Below, piece by piece: positions 19,316 to 30,118 of a stretch of DNA of 56,886 bases. Origin of the DNA: an uncultured Dehalococcoidia bacterium. GTDB lineage: Bacteria > Chloroflexota > Dehalococcoidia > Lucifugimonadales > Australimonadaceae. The notes under the pieces were generated by a model. The model was not told the origin of the DNA. It searched no databases and saw only the letters and a program-made list of their open reading frames with translations. Position 1 is the stretch's first letter; each line of letters opens with the position of its first letter. Both the position numbers and the translations under genes were made by a program. Where the stretch lies: positions 1 through 56,886 of the forward strand of contig CALGTL010000020.1 in the NCBI GenBank assembly GCA_937901475.1, in the 5' to 3' direction.

Positions 19316-20338
19316 ATGGAACTGTTACTTGTCGGTATGGGTGTTGTCGTTGGCTTGGTCTTGGGTTCTTTGATGGCGCGTTTGCGAGAACGGCCAGGAG
19401 ATTCAGGATTGCAAGCGGAGTTGGTTCGGAACGACTTATCGATTGTGCGCGAGAGCTTGGGACGTTTGGGCGATTTGGTGCAGCGCAACGGTAGCGAGGA
19501 CAAGGCTGGGTTCGTTGAGCTTTCGACGATTCTCCGCAATGTCGATTCACGCACGAACACCATGGCAAGTGCGCTAGGGAACAGTCGTGTTCGCGGCCAG
19601 TGGGGTGAGCGAGCAGCCGAGGATATTTTGCGCTCCGCAGGCTTCATCCAGGGCGTGAGCTATTTCAAGCAGCAGTTACTGGCTGACGGCTCTCGTCCCG
19701 ATTTTACGTTCCCGCTTCCTCGTGGCTACACGCTCAATATGGATGTGAAGTTTCCTCTCGAAAACTACGCTCGCCTAGTAGAAGCTAGTAGTGAGGCTGA
19801 TCGTGATAGTTTTGAGAAGGCGTTTTTGCGCGATGTGCGAGACCGTGTGAAGGAAGTTGCGAAGGGCTCTTACGCGGACCCCGCCGTAGGGACCGTGGAC
19901 TATGCATTGCTGTTCATTCCCAGTGAGAGCGTTTACGCGGAGATCAATCGGCTGGATTCCACATTCGTTGACACTGCGTTGTCACAGCGAGTGATCCCAT
20001 GCTCCCCTCTGACTTTGTTCGGTGTGCTCGCAGTGGTGCGGAAATCAGTGGAGAGTTTCTCGTTCCAACAGGCATCCGATGAGGTGCTGGTGGCGATGGA
20101 CCACTTCGAGCGGGAATGGCAGCGGTTCAGTGAGAGCTTCGCCGTCTTGGGCCGGCAGTTGGTAACTGTTCGTAGTACGTATGATCAGCTAGTAGGTGTT
20201 CGCGCCAGCAAACTAGATGAGCCACTGGCACAGCTAGCTACATTGCGTCGCGAAAGAGGAATTGCTTGCAGCCATGTTGCTGTAGATTCGATCTCGAATC
20301 AATCTAACCAACTGCACCCAGGCAATGATGAACCCTAG
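19316..20338 (+). CDS. rmuC: DNA recombination protein RmuC
   Basis: N-terminal TM helix and coiled coil; RGQWGE, RPD...P...MDVKFP nuclease-like motif, LLFIPSES, SPLTL. Confidence 0.92.
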   Translation: MELLLVGMGVVVGLVLGSLMARLRERPGDSGLQAELVRNDLSIVRESLGRLGDLVQRNGSEDKAGFVELSTILRNVDSRTNTMASALGNSRVRGQWGERAAEDILRSAGFIQGVSYFKQQLLADGSRPDFTFPLPRGYTLNMDVKFPLENYARLVEASSEADRDSFEKAFLRDVRDRVKEVAKGSYADPAVGTVDYALLFIPSESVYAEINRLDSTFVDTALSQRVIPCSPLTLFGVLAVVRKSVESFSFQQASDEVLVAMDHFEREWQRFSESFAVLGRQLVTVRSTYDQLVGVRASKLDEPLAQLATLRRERGIACSHVAVDSISNQSNQLHPGNDEP

Positions 20339-20418
20339 GGTGCGATTGAGGTAGCGTAACGAAGAATACTGTGTGCGTCAGGGCCTGTTTCTGATGGGAG
20401 CATGCGCTGCCAAAGGGC

Positions 20419-21594
20419 CTAGCCGATGAGGATGACACTGCGCTGGACAGGAGTGGTGACCTCTAGACCGGAAGGCCCGACGTGGAGATTAATCTCAGAA
20501 CGGACACCGAATTTGGGTAGATATACGCCTGGCTCAATAGTGAACCCTAGTCCGGGGAGGAAAGTACGGGTGTCGTGAGTTTCAATGCTATCGAGATTGA
20601 CTCCGCCGGAGTGAACCTGTTTTCCAAGGCTATGGCCTAACCGGTGAAGGAAATAGTCGCCGTAGCCAGCTTCAGTGATATAGCGGCGAGCGAGATCATC
20701 GACCTCCCAACCTTCGGCGTTCTGGCCAGAGGACAATCGTTCCCGTAGGAACTCCGTGGCAGCGTCACGACTATGTGTGACTACATCGAACACGTGCTGT
20801 CGATCTTCAGGGACGGTTGTACCGATATGGGCGACCCAGGTGATATCAGCATAGATTGCGTCCGGACCTTGCTCCTTGGCCCAAAGGTCGATAAGCACCC
20901 AGTCGCCAGGGGCGAATCGAGCGCTAGCTTCGAGCGTAGGCGAAAAATGTGGATCGGACGCGTGAGCGTTGGCGGCGACGACAGGCCCGTGATCGGTTGT
21001 CAGCCTGGCTTGGTTGAAGCGAGCCAAGATGTATTCGTGGATGTCGTGCTCCGTGACGCCTGCGGTGAGACGATTGCCTATCTCAGTGAAAGCATCGAGT
21101 ACGATGGCGCTGATGTGGTCTACTGCGCGCCGATGAGAAGCGAGGCCTTTTTCTGACCACCGCTGGGTGGCGTACTGCAAGAGCTCAGCCGATGAGACGA
21201 CCTCAACGCCCATTGACCGCACAACCTCGATAGTGCCAGCGTCCACCCGAGATGCACGTGGGACCTGGCGAAGGGGTGAGTATTCCATTGCGATGGTTTG
21301 CAGCGGCGAAAGAAAGGATTCGAGTTTATCGTGCACGTCTTGGAGGCTAATGTAGGTCTGGATGGATAGGCCGGTGCTAGGAACTTGGCCAGCATCGACC
21401 GCGCTCAGCAACATTATAGGTTTGACTCCGGGCTGAATAAGTAGGAAGACGGGGCGCGTGAGGAACCCCGAAGTTCGCACGAGGTCGGCGAATACAGGGT
21501 TCATGCCTTGGTAGTCGTAGACCAACCAGGCGTCGATGGTCGAGGTCTGGAGGAATGCTTCTGCCTGTTCGATTGGGGATAGTTGGCCGGGCAA
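20419..21594 (-). CDS. M24-family metallopeptidase (Xaa-Pro aminopeptidase-like)
   Basis: PHF, IDLW, ADIT, HRLGHSLG, TIEPGVY, GVRSE. Confidence 0.9.
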   Translation of the reverse strand: MPGQLSPIEQAEAFLQTSTIDAWLVYDYQGMNPVFADLVRTSGFLTRPVFLLIQPGVKPIMLLSAVDAGQVPSTGLSIQTYISLQDVHDKLESFLSPLQTIAMEYSPLRQVPRASRVDAGTIEVVRSMGVEVVSSAELLQYATQRWSEKGLASHRRAVDHISAIVLDAFTEIGNRLTAGVTEHDIHEYILARFNQARLTTDHGPVVAANAHASDPHFSPTLEASARFAPGDWVLIDLWAKEQGPDAIYADITWVAHIGTTVPEDRQHVFDVVTHSRDAATEFLRERLSSGQNAEGWEVDDLARRYITEAGYGDYFLHRLGHSLGKQVHSGGVNLDSIETHDTRTFLPGLGFTIEPGVYLPKFGVRSEINLHVGPSGLEVTTPVQRSVILIG

Positions 21595-21881
21595 TGTAAC
21601 TCCTATAGGTACCAGAATTCCTTCCGGTAGGCTTTGCAGATCTTTGAGCAGGGATTATTAAAGCGGCTTCCTGGTCTGTTTCGGCCAATTCGCTTGAGAG
21701 GTCACCCCCTGAGTTCTTGTGACCTTAGAGTGATGCGAACCCGCTCATCGGTACATTTTATGTGAGTGACATACCAAAGGTCATTCCGAGGATCTTTTGA
21801 AAGAACAATCACGGGAAGGCAGGCCCGCAGCCTTGGTTGCACCACCTCCCTCTCCTTGATTTGCTGATTGGTCGTGCCGAA

Positions 21882-22679
21882 CTAGGCGGAGAGTCCTTTT
21901 ATCTGGCCGCCATCTACAGCGATGTTCTGGGCGGTGATGAAACCGGCGCGGTCTGATGCAAGGAATGCGATAAGGTCTCCGAGTTCTGATGGGTCACCGA
22001 AGCGAGCAGCAGGGACGCTGGCAAGCCGGAAAGCCTCCTGCTCATCTATGGTGCGGTTATTGGCTGTGGCCTGCACAGCGATGACAGAGCGTAGTCGTTC
22101 TGTAGCGACGGAGCCGGGTAGTACATTGTTGACGGTGATGCCGTTTCCTGCGACCTCTTGGGCTAGCAGCTTCGAGTAAGAGGACAGTGCCGATCGGGCG
22201 ACAGTGGATAGGCCAAGTCGGTCCTCGGGCTCTTTGATTGCCTTGGAGAGCACGGCAATGATCCTGCCGTGGCCACGTTCAATCATACCGGGAAGGGCGA
22301 GCCTGTTCATGCGCATGGCACTGGAGAAATTAAGATCGAAAGCCGACTGCCATTGGTCATCGCTGAAGTCCATAAGCTCGCCTGCAGGTGGCCCCCCAAG
22401 GTTATTTATGACAATGTCGACCCGCCGCCACCGGGCGATGGTTTCATCGAACACACGCAGGATGTCTTTAGGATTGGAGAGGTCTCCAACGATATTGAGG
22501 ACGGCGCCCGCGTGGGTTTTAGCACGGAGTTTAGATGCGGCGGCTTCGAGCTCATCACCGTGTCGCGCGACAATGGTGACATGACTGCCTTCGCGTACCA
22601 GCGATTGGGCTACGGCTAACCCAATGCCCTTACTTGATCCGCCGACGATTGCAATTTTCCCGGTGAGACCTAAGTCCAC
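21882..22679 (-). CDS. SDR oxidoreductase, atypical active site (SxxxR in place of YxxxK)
   Basis: GGSSKGIG, NNLGGPP, LSTVARSA, VNNVLPG, VDGG. Confidence 0.88.
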   Translation of the reverse strand: MDLGLTGKIAIVGGSSKGIGLAVAQSLVREGSHVTIVARHGDELEAAASKLRAKTHAGAVLNIVGDLSNPKDILRVFDETIARWRRVDIVINNLGGPPAGELMDFSDDQWQSAFDLNFSSAMRMNRLALPGMIERGHGRIIAVLSKAIKEPEDRLGLSTVARSALSSYSKLLAQEVAGNGITVNNVLPGSVATERLRSVIAVQATANNRTIDEQEAFRLASVPAARFGDPSELGDLIAFLASDRAGFITAQNIAVDGGQIKGLSA

Positions 22680-23007
22680 ATTGAATTCCTTATTGCTGGC
22701 GCGAGTTGACTTATGCGTTCGCGGGGCATGTTACATCGCTCTGATTACGGGCGCTTGCCCTTGCCTAGTTTGTTGATGAGGTTGGTTACTTTGGTGGCGA
22801 CGCGAGTCCTAAATTTTAGACAAAACCCAATAGGTTTTCCTGATGAGAAATGACTGAACTATGGCTGCATTCGTGTTGGGTATGGTTACGGCTGGGCTCG
22901 GCGTCGAGAGTCAGTGTTCGCAATGGTTCATTCGTAGGTATTCTCAACTGAGTCCGTATTATCCACGTGCGTAGACGATGAGGCACCGCGGCCATTAACC
23001 TCGCGGC

Positions 23008-24666
23008 ATGACTACACAAGGTGATTCTTCTGCCCGGCTTGCCGTGCTGGTTGAGCGTGTGCTTGACGAACGCTGGAAATTTTCGCCTGCTGAGGCGGCA
23101 TCTTCAGGGATTCACAGCTACGATGGAATTTTGCTCCCCGTGACGCTGGGGTCTATCCGTGTGCGAGTCGCTGAATTGCGTGCAGCGCAGGCAGATGGCG
23201 AAACAATTGCGCCTGATGGATTGAGTCCACAGGAGTTGTTCGACAAGGACTTGCTCCTGCTTGGGCTTCGCCACGAAATCTGGGAGTTGACTGAGAACCT
23301 CTCATTCCGGCGTGACCCGATGGTGCTTATGTGGCCACTCGAAGCGACTGCGTACATGGATCGGAATTACGCACCGATTGAGCAGCGGATGGCTTCGATG
23401 GCCAAACTGCTGCGGGCGGTACCGGCGTATCTGGATTCAGTTCGTGACCTACTGCAGCCTCCTTTCGCTAAGCCGGTGCTGGGCCAAGCTATCGAGGCGT
23501 ATTCTGGTGTTGCAGGGTATTACCGCGGTGATGTGACCGAGTTTGCCGATGCCAACTTACCGATAGTTGCTGGCGTTGAAGTTATGCGAGCAGCGGAGGA
23601 TGCGGCAGAAGCTATTGATGTAATGGTTGCGTACTTGCGATCGCAAGAGAGTACGGCCAACGATGATTTCGCTATTGGTGCTGACCGCTACGCTACGATG
23701 TTGAGTCTAGGCGAGATGGTGAATATACCGCTGGCGCAGATTGAGGCTGTGGGGGAGCGTGAGTTGGCTCGTCACCAGGCCTTGGTTCGGGAAGCGGCGG
23801 AGCGCATCGCACCCGGAAAATCATTAGCGGATGCTATCGCTATCGTCACTAAGGATCACCCGGCCGCCGACAAGTTGATTGACGAAACGCGTGAAATGCT
23901 GGAGGAGATTCGCAGCTTCACTATCGACCACGATATCGCATCGGTGGTGTCTGAGGTTCGCGCTGCGGTGCGAGAGACTCCTGCTTTTATGCGCTGGGCG
24001 TTTGCCGCGATGGATGGCCCTGGGCCGTTCGAGGAAGTCGCGACGGAGTCGTTTTACTACGTGACTCCAGCCGAGACGTACTGGTCCGTCGAGCAGACGG
24101 AGCAGTGGCTTTCGAATTTCGGCTACGCTACGTTGAAAATCATCTCCATTCACGAGACTTACCCAGGCCATTACGTTCACTTTTTGCGGCACGCACAGGC
24201 ACCATCGGCGGTATCAAAGGTGTTTGGTGCCTATTCATTCTGGGAGGGCTGGGCGCACTACTGCGAGGAGATGTTCCTAGAGGCCGGTTATGGAAATGGG
24301 GATCCCAAGCTGCAACTTGCCATGGCGCAGGAGGCGCTGGTGCGAGTGTGTCGCTTGCTGTGCTCGTTGCGCATGCACACACGAGGGCAGACGTTGGCCG
24401 AATCGGAGAGGTTTTTCCAGGGACAGGCATTCATGGAGGAACTGCCTGCGAAGACGGAAGCGCTTCGAGGGACGTTCGACCCCGGGTACCTGAACTACAC
24501 CCTGGGGAAAATGCTTATCTATAAGCTACGGGCTGACTGGCAGGCTGAGCAGGGCTCTGCGTACTCGTTGAAAGCTTTTCACGATGAGCTGCTGAGCCAC
24601 GGTGGGCCGCCAGTGCTGTTGCTGCGTAAGTACATGTTACGGGCGGACGACGGCCTGCTTCTTTAG
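23008..24666 (+). CDS. DUF885-family putative metallopeptidase
   Basis: HETYPGHY, EGWAHYCE, YTLGK, FHD.LL..G. Confidence 0.88.
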   Translation: MTTQGDSSARLAVLVERVLDERWKFSPAEAASSGIHSYDGILLPVTLGSIRVRVAELRAAQADGETIAPDGLSPQELFDKDLLLLGLRHEIWELTENLSFRRDPMVLMWPLEATAYMDRNYAPIEQRMASMAKLLRAVPAYLDSVRDLLQPPFAKPVLGQAIEAYSGVAGYYRGDVTEFADANLPIVAGVEVMRAAEDAAEAIDVMVAYLRSQESTANDDFAIGADRYATMLSLGEMVNIPLAQIEAVGERELARHQALVREAAERIAPGKSLADAIAIVTKDHPAADKLIDETREMLEEIRSFTIDHDIASVVSEVRAAVRETPAFMRWAFAAMDGPGPFEEVATESFYYVTPAETYWSVEQTEQWLSNFGYATLKIISIHETYPGHYVHFLRHAQAPSAVSKVFGAYSFWEGWAHYCEEMFLEAGYGNGDPKLQLAMAQEALVRVCRLLCSLRMHTRGQTLAESERFFQGQAFMEELPAKTEALRGTFDPGYLNYTLGKMLIYKLRADWQAEQGSAYSLKAFHDELLSHGGPPVLLLRKYMLRADDGLLL

Positions 24667-24694
24667 GGAAGCTAGCCTGCTACTCTAGAGACCT

Positions 24695-25144
24695 ATGGAA
24701 GCAATAATTCTTTTCGGCGTGATCCTGCTGGTTTTGGGCTTGGCTTTCGCTGTGCCCATGGGGTACCTACGCGGCGAGATGATTGCGGATCGCGATGCGA
24801 GCGTGCTAGGGGCATCTATTTTGGTCTTGGGCCTGGGCACACTGAACGGCGTATTCGTTGCATGGTTCGTGACAATGGGAGAGATTGAAATACTGTTGTT
24901 GGCTTTTGGGTTAGCACCGCTAGCGGGAGGACTCATCGGTCTGCTTGTAGTCCGGAGGCGGGTGGTGGGCCTGGGCAGAATTGGATTTCTTTTGGCGTCA
25001 GTGGCTCTGACTCTTCTCGGCTTTCCTGGTTATTTTGCCCCTAACGTGGCTGTTTTTGTGACAGGCATTGCTGTACTCGCATTCGTTGGTGGTTTGTTGC
25101 CAAACCCACGGTCGTTGGCCCGCAAGCTCGACCCGCGCGTTTAG
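24695..25144 (+). CDS. Hypothetical membrane protein
   Basis: 149 aa with about five hydrophobic segments; co-oriented with its neighbours. Confidence 0.7.
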   Translation: MEAIILFGVILLVLGLAFAVPMGYLRGEMIADRDASVLGASILVLGLGTLNGVFVAWFVTMGEIEILLLAFGLAPLAGGLIGLLVVRRRVVGLGRIGFLLASVALTLLGFPGYFAPNVAVFVTGIAVLAFVGGLLPNPRSLARKLDPRV

Positions 25145-25264
25145 GCGTGACTTCATTCCTGGATCGGTACGACGGTCTAACGATAGGTAATCGGTTCCAC
25201 CGCGCTGTGTAACATTGCCAGATAGAATGCGCGAGTTTGATTCCCTGTACTTGAGGTGCCTGCT

Positions 25265-26509
25265 ATGCCCGGTCCACTCGCCGGCCTGACTGTTCTTGAT
25301 CTGACCCGCATTCTGTCGGGTCCTTTCTGTACGATGCTACTCGCTGATTTCGGCGCTGATGTAATCAAAATTGAGCAACCGGAAGTGGGCGACCCTGCCA
25401 GAGGCAATGGGCCTTTTTTGACGACGGATGCCGATGGAAACCAGGTAGCCGCTACAGGGCAAGGACCAGGGGCGTTCAGCTCGTATTTCATGAGTATCAA
25501 TCGCAATAAGCGTTCGGTCGCAATTGACCTAACGAAGCCGAAAGGCGCAGCGTTGCTGCTGGACCTTGTGGGGCGAGCAGATGTGCTGGTAGAGAATTTT
25601 CGACCAGGGACGATGGAAAAATTTGGACTGGGGTACGAGACCCTGCAGGCATGCAATCCTCGATTGGTGATGGCATCCATCTCGGGGTTTGGTCAGTCGG
25701 GCCCGTACGCCTCCCGCCCTGCGCTGGATGTCATTGTGCAGGGAATGGGCGGAATGCTCAGTATCACGGGAGAGCCTGGTCGGGGCCCGGTACGGCCTGG
25801 TGCGAGCATCGGTGATATCACGGCGGCGCTGTTCACGACTGTTGCTATCCAGGGCGCACTGCTGGAGCGTGAGAAGTCCAATAAGGGACAGTACATCGAT
25901 ATTTCCATGCTCGATTGCCAGGTGGCAATCATGGAGAATGCATTCACTCGCTACTTCACGCTGGGGGAAATTCCAGAACGAATCGGCACTCGGCATCCGA
26001 GCTCGACGCCTTTCCAGGCATTCAAGACTGCAGATGGACATCTAGTAGTGGCAATTATGGGGGGGTCGACGGAGATGTGGCCGTTGTTTTGCGCAGGCAT
26101 TGAGCATCCGGAATTGATCGACGACGAGCGCTACCAGTCCGGTTGGGGACGTACGCAAAACTACGATGAACTGATTCCTATAATTGAAGAGGCTTTGTTG
26201 CAGCAGACCAACGAGTATTGGGTGGAGCTGCTGAGTGGTATGGGCATCCCGGTAGGGCCGGTGCAAAACATTGCCGAAGTAGCTCAAGACCCACAGGTGA
26301 ATGAGAGAGGTATGTTTGTGGAGATAGATCATCCGACGCTGGGGCCAGTCCGTTTCGCGGGCAACCCAATTAAGCTTTCTCGTACACCAACAGTTACTTC
26401 AAGCAGCCCACCGGACTTGGGGGAGCATTCGGTCGAAGTGTTGGTTCAACAGTTGGGGCTGACAAACACTCAAGTGGCCGAGCTGGTTGCCGATGGGATT
26501 GTGTCCTAA
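25265..26509 (+). CDS. Family III (CaiB/BaiF) CoA-transferase
   Basis: LDLTRILSGPF, GADVIKIE, NRNKRS, ENFRPG, SISGFGQSGP, GD. SD gaggtg before ATG 25265. Confidence 0.94.
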   Translation: MPGPLAGLTVLDLTRILSGPFCTMLLADFGADVIKIEQPEVGDPARGNGPFLTTDADGNQVAATGQGPGAFSSYFMSINRNKRSVAIDLTKPKGAALLLDLVGRADVLVENFRPGTMEKFGLGYETLQACNPRLVMASISGFGQSGPYASRPALDVIVQGMGGMLSITGEPGRGPVRPGASIGDITAALFTTVAIQGALLEREKSNKGQYIDISMLDCQVAIMENAFTRYFTLGEIPERIGTRHPSSTPFQAFKTADGHLVVAIMGGSTEMWPLFCAGIEHPELIDDERYQSGWGRTQNYDELIPIIEEALLQQTNEYWVELLSGMGIPVGPVQNIAEVAQDPQVNERGMFVEIDHPTLGPVRFAGNPIKLSRTPTVTSSSPPDLGEHSVEVLVQQLGLTNTQVAELVADGIVS

Positions 26510-27441
26510 TGCTTGGGGTTGCGCTGGCGCTAATTTCATCGCTTAGCTTCAGCTTGAATTCAGTGATGGCGCGTCGCGGCCTAGCAAGAGCTACGGCTTC
26601 GGCAGGCGCTTTCGTAACGGTGCTTTTGGGCGTGCCCTTGTTCTTGGGAGCATCGTTGGCAACAGGGCAGTTGTTCAACGCTGGGGATATTGCATTACGT
26701 GGCTACATATTGCTTTCGGCGGCAGGGGTGCTGCATTTTGGCGTGGGACGCTATTTCAACTATCGAGCTGCTTCGTCGATAGGAGCTACCCGCGCGGCAT
26801 CGGTCCAGGCGTTGACGGTGCCCTATGCGGTATTAATTGCATTCGTGTTCTTGGGGGAAACGATTTCAGGAATCATGGCATTTGGCATCGTGCTAATCAT
26901 CATCGGGCCGACAATCATGGTGCAGAGGAACTCGAAGACTTCACCCCCTCCACCGAGCGGACGGTCTATCAGCGAGCAGGAGCCCCCCTTCCAGCTTAGG
27001 CAGGTGGAGGGTTACCTATCAGCGTTCGCTACGATCGGCGCTTACGGGACGAGCCCAATCCTAATCAGGGCAGCGTTAGGGGATATCGAAGGGGTGGCAA
27101 TTTTCGGCGGCTTAGTCGCTTACTCGGCAGCAGCGGCAGTGCTGGTTCTCACACTGGTTCACCCAGCACGGCGCGGGCTAATCGCGGCGATGCATCCGTC
27201 CACGGTGCGTTTGTTCCTGAGTGCAGGAACATTTGTGTTTTTGGCGCAAATGTTCAGATTTATGGCCCTGGCTGTCGCTCCCGTGGCGGTCGTTACGCCG
27301 CTGATGCGTACAGGCGCTGTGTTCACATTGATTTTCTCCTGGACACTGAATCGTCACCTTGAGGTAATTAACCTGCGCGTAGTGATGGGCATCTTGCTTT
27401 CAGTGAGCGGCGCTGTCCTCTTGGCAGTCTTCGGGTCATAG
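26509..27441 (+). CDS. EamA/DMT-family transporter
   Basis: About 10 TM helices in two halves, with FLGE; start overlaps the CoA-transferase stop. Confidence 0.85.
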   Translation: MLGVALALISSLSFSLNSVMARRGLARATASAGAFVTVLLGVPLFLGASLATGQLFNAGDIALRGYILLSAAGVLHFGVGRYFNYRAASSIGATRAASVQALTVPYAVLIAFVFLGETISGIMAFGIVLIIIGPTIMVQRNSKTSPPPPSGRSISEQEPPFQLRQVEGYLSAFATIGAYGTSPILIRAALGDIEGVAIFGGLVAYSAAAAVLVLTLVHPARRGLIAAMHPSTVRLFLSAGTFVFLAQMFRFMALAVAPVAVVTPLMRTGAVFTLIFSWTLNRHLEVINLRVVMGILLSVSGAVLLAVFGS

Positions 27442-27495
27442 TGTACTGCGAGACAGGCTGTCTATCTCAGGAACTTCGCCTTTTGGACTATAGTT

Positions 27496-28011
27496 TCAGC
27501 GGCGAACGAGGGAATAGACGAGTTCGTCGATTATGCGGTCGTCTTTGGTGATACTGGCACTGAGCGTGCCTTCGTAGGTGTAGCCAGCCTTTTGGAGTAC
27601 ACGGATCGATGCGTCGTTGCCATCAAAGACGTAGGCGTGAAGTCGAAGTAGGCCGAATTGGGCGAAGGCATATTCGCTGAATGCCTGTAAGGCTTTAGTG
27701 GCGATGCCTTTACCCCAATAATCTTCAGCTATCCAGAAGCCGACTTCGGCAGACTGCCGTCGTGCACCTCTCTGGAGCGTGAGACCAATGCTGCCGATGA
27801 CGTCAGATCCGCAGGCGATGGCGAAGTTGACAGGGTCAGCTTCCAGCGCGCAGAGCTCAATCCATGCCTTCGCATGCGCTTCCGTGTAGGTTCGAGGTTG
27901 GCGCGCGGCAAGAGTGCGAGTGATATTGGGGTTGTTGACATTACTAGCCAGGGCCGTTTCGTCGCCTAGCTCCCAAGAGCGTATGAGGAACGGACCTGCT
28001 TCTATTTTCAT
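27496..28011 (-). CDS. GNAT acetyltransferase, RimJ/RimL type
   Basis: EVGFWI...YWGKGIAT and NDASIRVLQKAGY..EG. Confidence 0.9.
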   Translation of the reverse strand: MKIEAGPFLIRSWELGDETALASNVNNPNITRTLAARQPRTYTEAHAKAWIELCALEADPVNFAIACGSDVIGSIGLTLQRGARRQSAEVGFWIAEDYWGKGIATKALQAFSEYAFAQFGLLRLHAYVFDGNDASIRVLQKAGYTYEGTLSASITKDDRIIDELVYSLVRR

Positions 28012-28640
28012 GCTAAATCTTTGGCTATCCGGAGAGCCGTTTCGTAGTCTTCTCTGGTATTCAAATTCGCCAAAGTCAAAGGGTCTTCAACGTTTACGAA
28101 AAGGAGGTCATGGTCGAAATCACGAATGACCTGGCGCAAGCCTTGCTCTTCTTCTGTGACCTGCAAGACTTCAGTTATTAAAGTGGAGCTGAAGAGCGGA
28201 GGATGGCCGCTACGGTGCTTATAGGAAGGCATCGCGATAGATGGCTGCCCGTGCTCCCAGGTTTCCCGGAGGGTACGAAGCATCTCGATCGACCTTGGCT
28301 GGTCGACGCTAGCTATGACGAATGCGTCGATGTCCGGGGTTGCGATCTGGGAGACGCCGGTGACGATTGAAGAGCAGCGACCCAATGCATAGTGCTGATT
28401 CACCACAACGGTTATATCTATGTCTTTGGGAAGGGCTTTATTAATTTCCTCCGGGGCATGGCCAAGGACGGCGATGATCGGGGAGTAGCCTGCCTGGTGT
28501 AGAGCACGAACGTGGTAGGCGACAAGAGGCTCTCCAGTTGTCCAGGGCAGCAAGGCTTTGCTCTCTCCCATGCGGGAAGACTCTCCTCCCGCTAGGAGGA
28601 CTGCGGCGACCCGTAGCTGGTGAAGGACTTTAGTGGGCAT
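28008..28640 (-). CDS. MocA-like nucleotidyltransferase (molybdenum cofactor cytidylyltransferase family)
   Basis: LLAGGESSRMG..KALL, VDQP, GHPPLF, NLNT.EDY; near xdhC. Confidence 0.85.
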   Translation of the reverse strand: MPTKVLHQLRVAAVLLAGGESSRMGESKALLPWTTGEPLVAYHVRALHQAGYSPIIAVLGHAPEEINKALPKDIDITVVVNQHYALGRCSSIVTGVSQIATPDIDAFVIASVDQPRSIEMLRTLRETWEHGQPSIAMPSYKHRSGHPPLFSSTLITEVLQVTEEEQGLRQVIRDFDHDLLFVNVEDPLTLANLNTREDYETALRIAKDLA

Positions 28641-28642
28641 CG

Positions 28643-29191
28643 CTAGACGGGGAGTACCGGAGCATTGAGCTTCTCGGGCAAGGTGACATCGAAAGCGGCG
28701 ACCAGCATCGCGTTTTGGGCATAGTGGCCCATCAGGTACGTCAATTCGACAAGAGCTTTGGTGCCGAAGGCATCATGGGCTGCTTTATAAGTGGCATCAG
28801 CGACTCTATGGCTGCGGATGAGCTCCAAGCCGAAGTTCGTTAGTGCCGCTTGAGCGGCTGGTTCAACGGGCAACGGCTTATCATCGCGTAAGGCATCTAC
28901 AAGTGCTTGGCTGACACCTACATCGGCTGCGACGACGGCATGAGCGTTCCAGATGTAGGCGCAATCTAGGGCCCGCGCGGCGACGAGAATGGCAAGTTCG
29001 GTGTACTGGGCTTCGATATCCATATTCCAGCGAACATAGCCGCTGACGGGTAGCCGTAGGCGGGCGAGCTCAGGGCTGTGAATGGTGACCGAACCTGGCC
29101 CTTGAGGCTTGCCAATGGCGTGGACGGCATCGAAATCTGCTTGGAGTTCTTCTCCGAAATCTTCACTTTTAGCTTCAGGTAGCCTGGTCAT
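28643..29191 (-). CDS. Carboxymuconolactone decarboxylase/AhpD-like protein
   Basis: HSPELA, ELAIL..AR...C.Y.W.AH, LVELT..MG.Y. Confidence 0.8.
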   Translation of the reverse strand: MTRLPEAKSEDFGEELQADFDAVHAIGKPQGPGSVTIHSPELARLRLPVSGYVRWNMDIEAQYTELAILVAARALDCAYIWNAHAVVAADVGVSQALVDALRDDKPLPVEPAAQAALTNFGLELIRSHRVADATYKAAHDAFGTKALVELTYLMGHYAQNAMLVAAFDVTLPEKLNAPVLPV

Positions 29192-29985
29192 CGCCGGGCG
29201 CCCCCGTTGGCATCAATGGTAGTGCCGGTGATGTAACCGGCATAATCGGATGCTAGCCAGACGACGGTGCCGGCGTGTTCTTCCTGCATGCCCAACCTGC
29301 CGAGAGCCGAAGAACTGCCAGGACCGTAGGCGGCGGTGGAGTTTTCGTTCCAGCGTGGGCGATGGGGTGTTTCAATCCCACCAACTGCAACGGCGTTGAC
29401 TCGCACCTCTGGTCCCCAAGCTGCGGCCATGGACATGGTCATGTTAATGACGCCTGCTTTCGCGGCTCCGTATGCGGGGGAATCTATGCTGGGCGATTGC
29501 CCCGCGACCGATGCGATATTGATAATGGTGCCCTTGCCCTGGCGTTTCATGACAGGGATTACAGCGGTGCTGCACTGGAACATGGTTACGACATTGACGC
29601 GGTAGGCTTCGATGAGGTCGTGGGCGTTGAGCTCCATCATGGGACCGGCCTTGAAGGTTTCACCCCAGCTACCGCCAACCACGTTGACCAGGATGTCGAT
29701 TTTCCCGAACTCGGAGAGGGCTGACTCGACCATTCCTTCAACCTCTGTGTTGTCGCGAACATCAGCGGTGATACCAATAGCATCGCGGCCGAGTGCCCTT
29801 ACAGTATCTAGGACTTCCTGAACAGAGGCGTGGGGCCGGCTGCGTCCGAAGGTAACGTCTTCTGGTTCTCGAGCGACCGCGATAATATTGGCGCCTGCTT
29901 TGGCGAGCTCGATTGAGATGGTTTTACCAAGGCCTTGTGATGCTCCCGTAACGATTGCGACACGGTTCGTCAGGTCGAAATTCAT
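29188..29985 (-). CDS. SDR oxidoreductase
   Basis: TGASQGLG, IINIAS, YGAAK, NGG. Confidence 0.9.
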   Translation of the reverse strand: MNFDLTNRVAIVTGASQGLGKTISIELAKAGANIIAVAREPEDVTFGRSRPHASVQEVLDTVRALGRDAIGITADVRDNTEVEGMVESALSEFGKIDILVNVVGGSWGETFKAGPMMELNAHDLIEAYRVNVVTMFQCSTAVIPVMKRQGKGTIINIASVAGQSPSIDSPAYGAAKAGVINMTMSMAAAWGPEVRVNAVAVGGIETPHRPRWNENSTAAYGPGSSSALGRLGMQEEHAGTVVWLASDYAGYITGTTIDANGGARR

Positions 29986-30118
29986 TTTACTTTCCCCTTG
30001 AAACTTCCAGGCTTAGACATGAATGAATCACTCTCGGCATTCCCCTGGACCACGAATCAATTGCCGATCCACCGGTGGCGTGATGATAAGCGCAATGGGA
30101 GTGATTCGCGGTTGGTTG

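Noticed and set aside
19316-20338. rmuC as a sign of a mobile element
   Set aside because: It is a common chromosomal gene; no integrase, transposase or flanking repeats are present.
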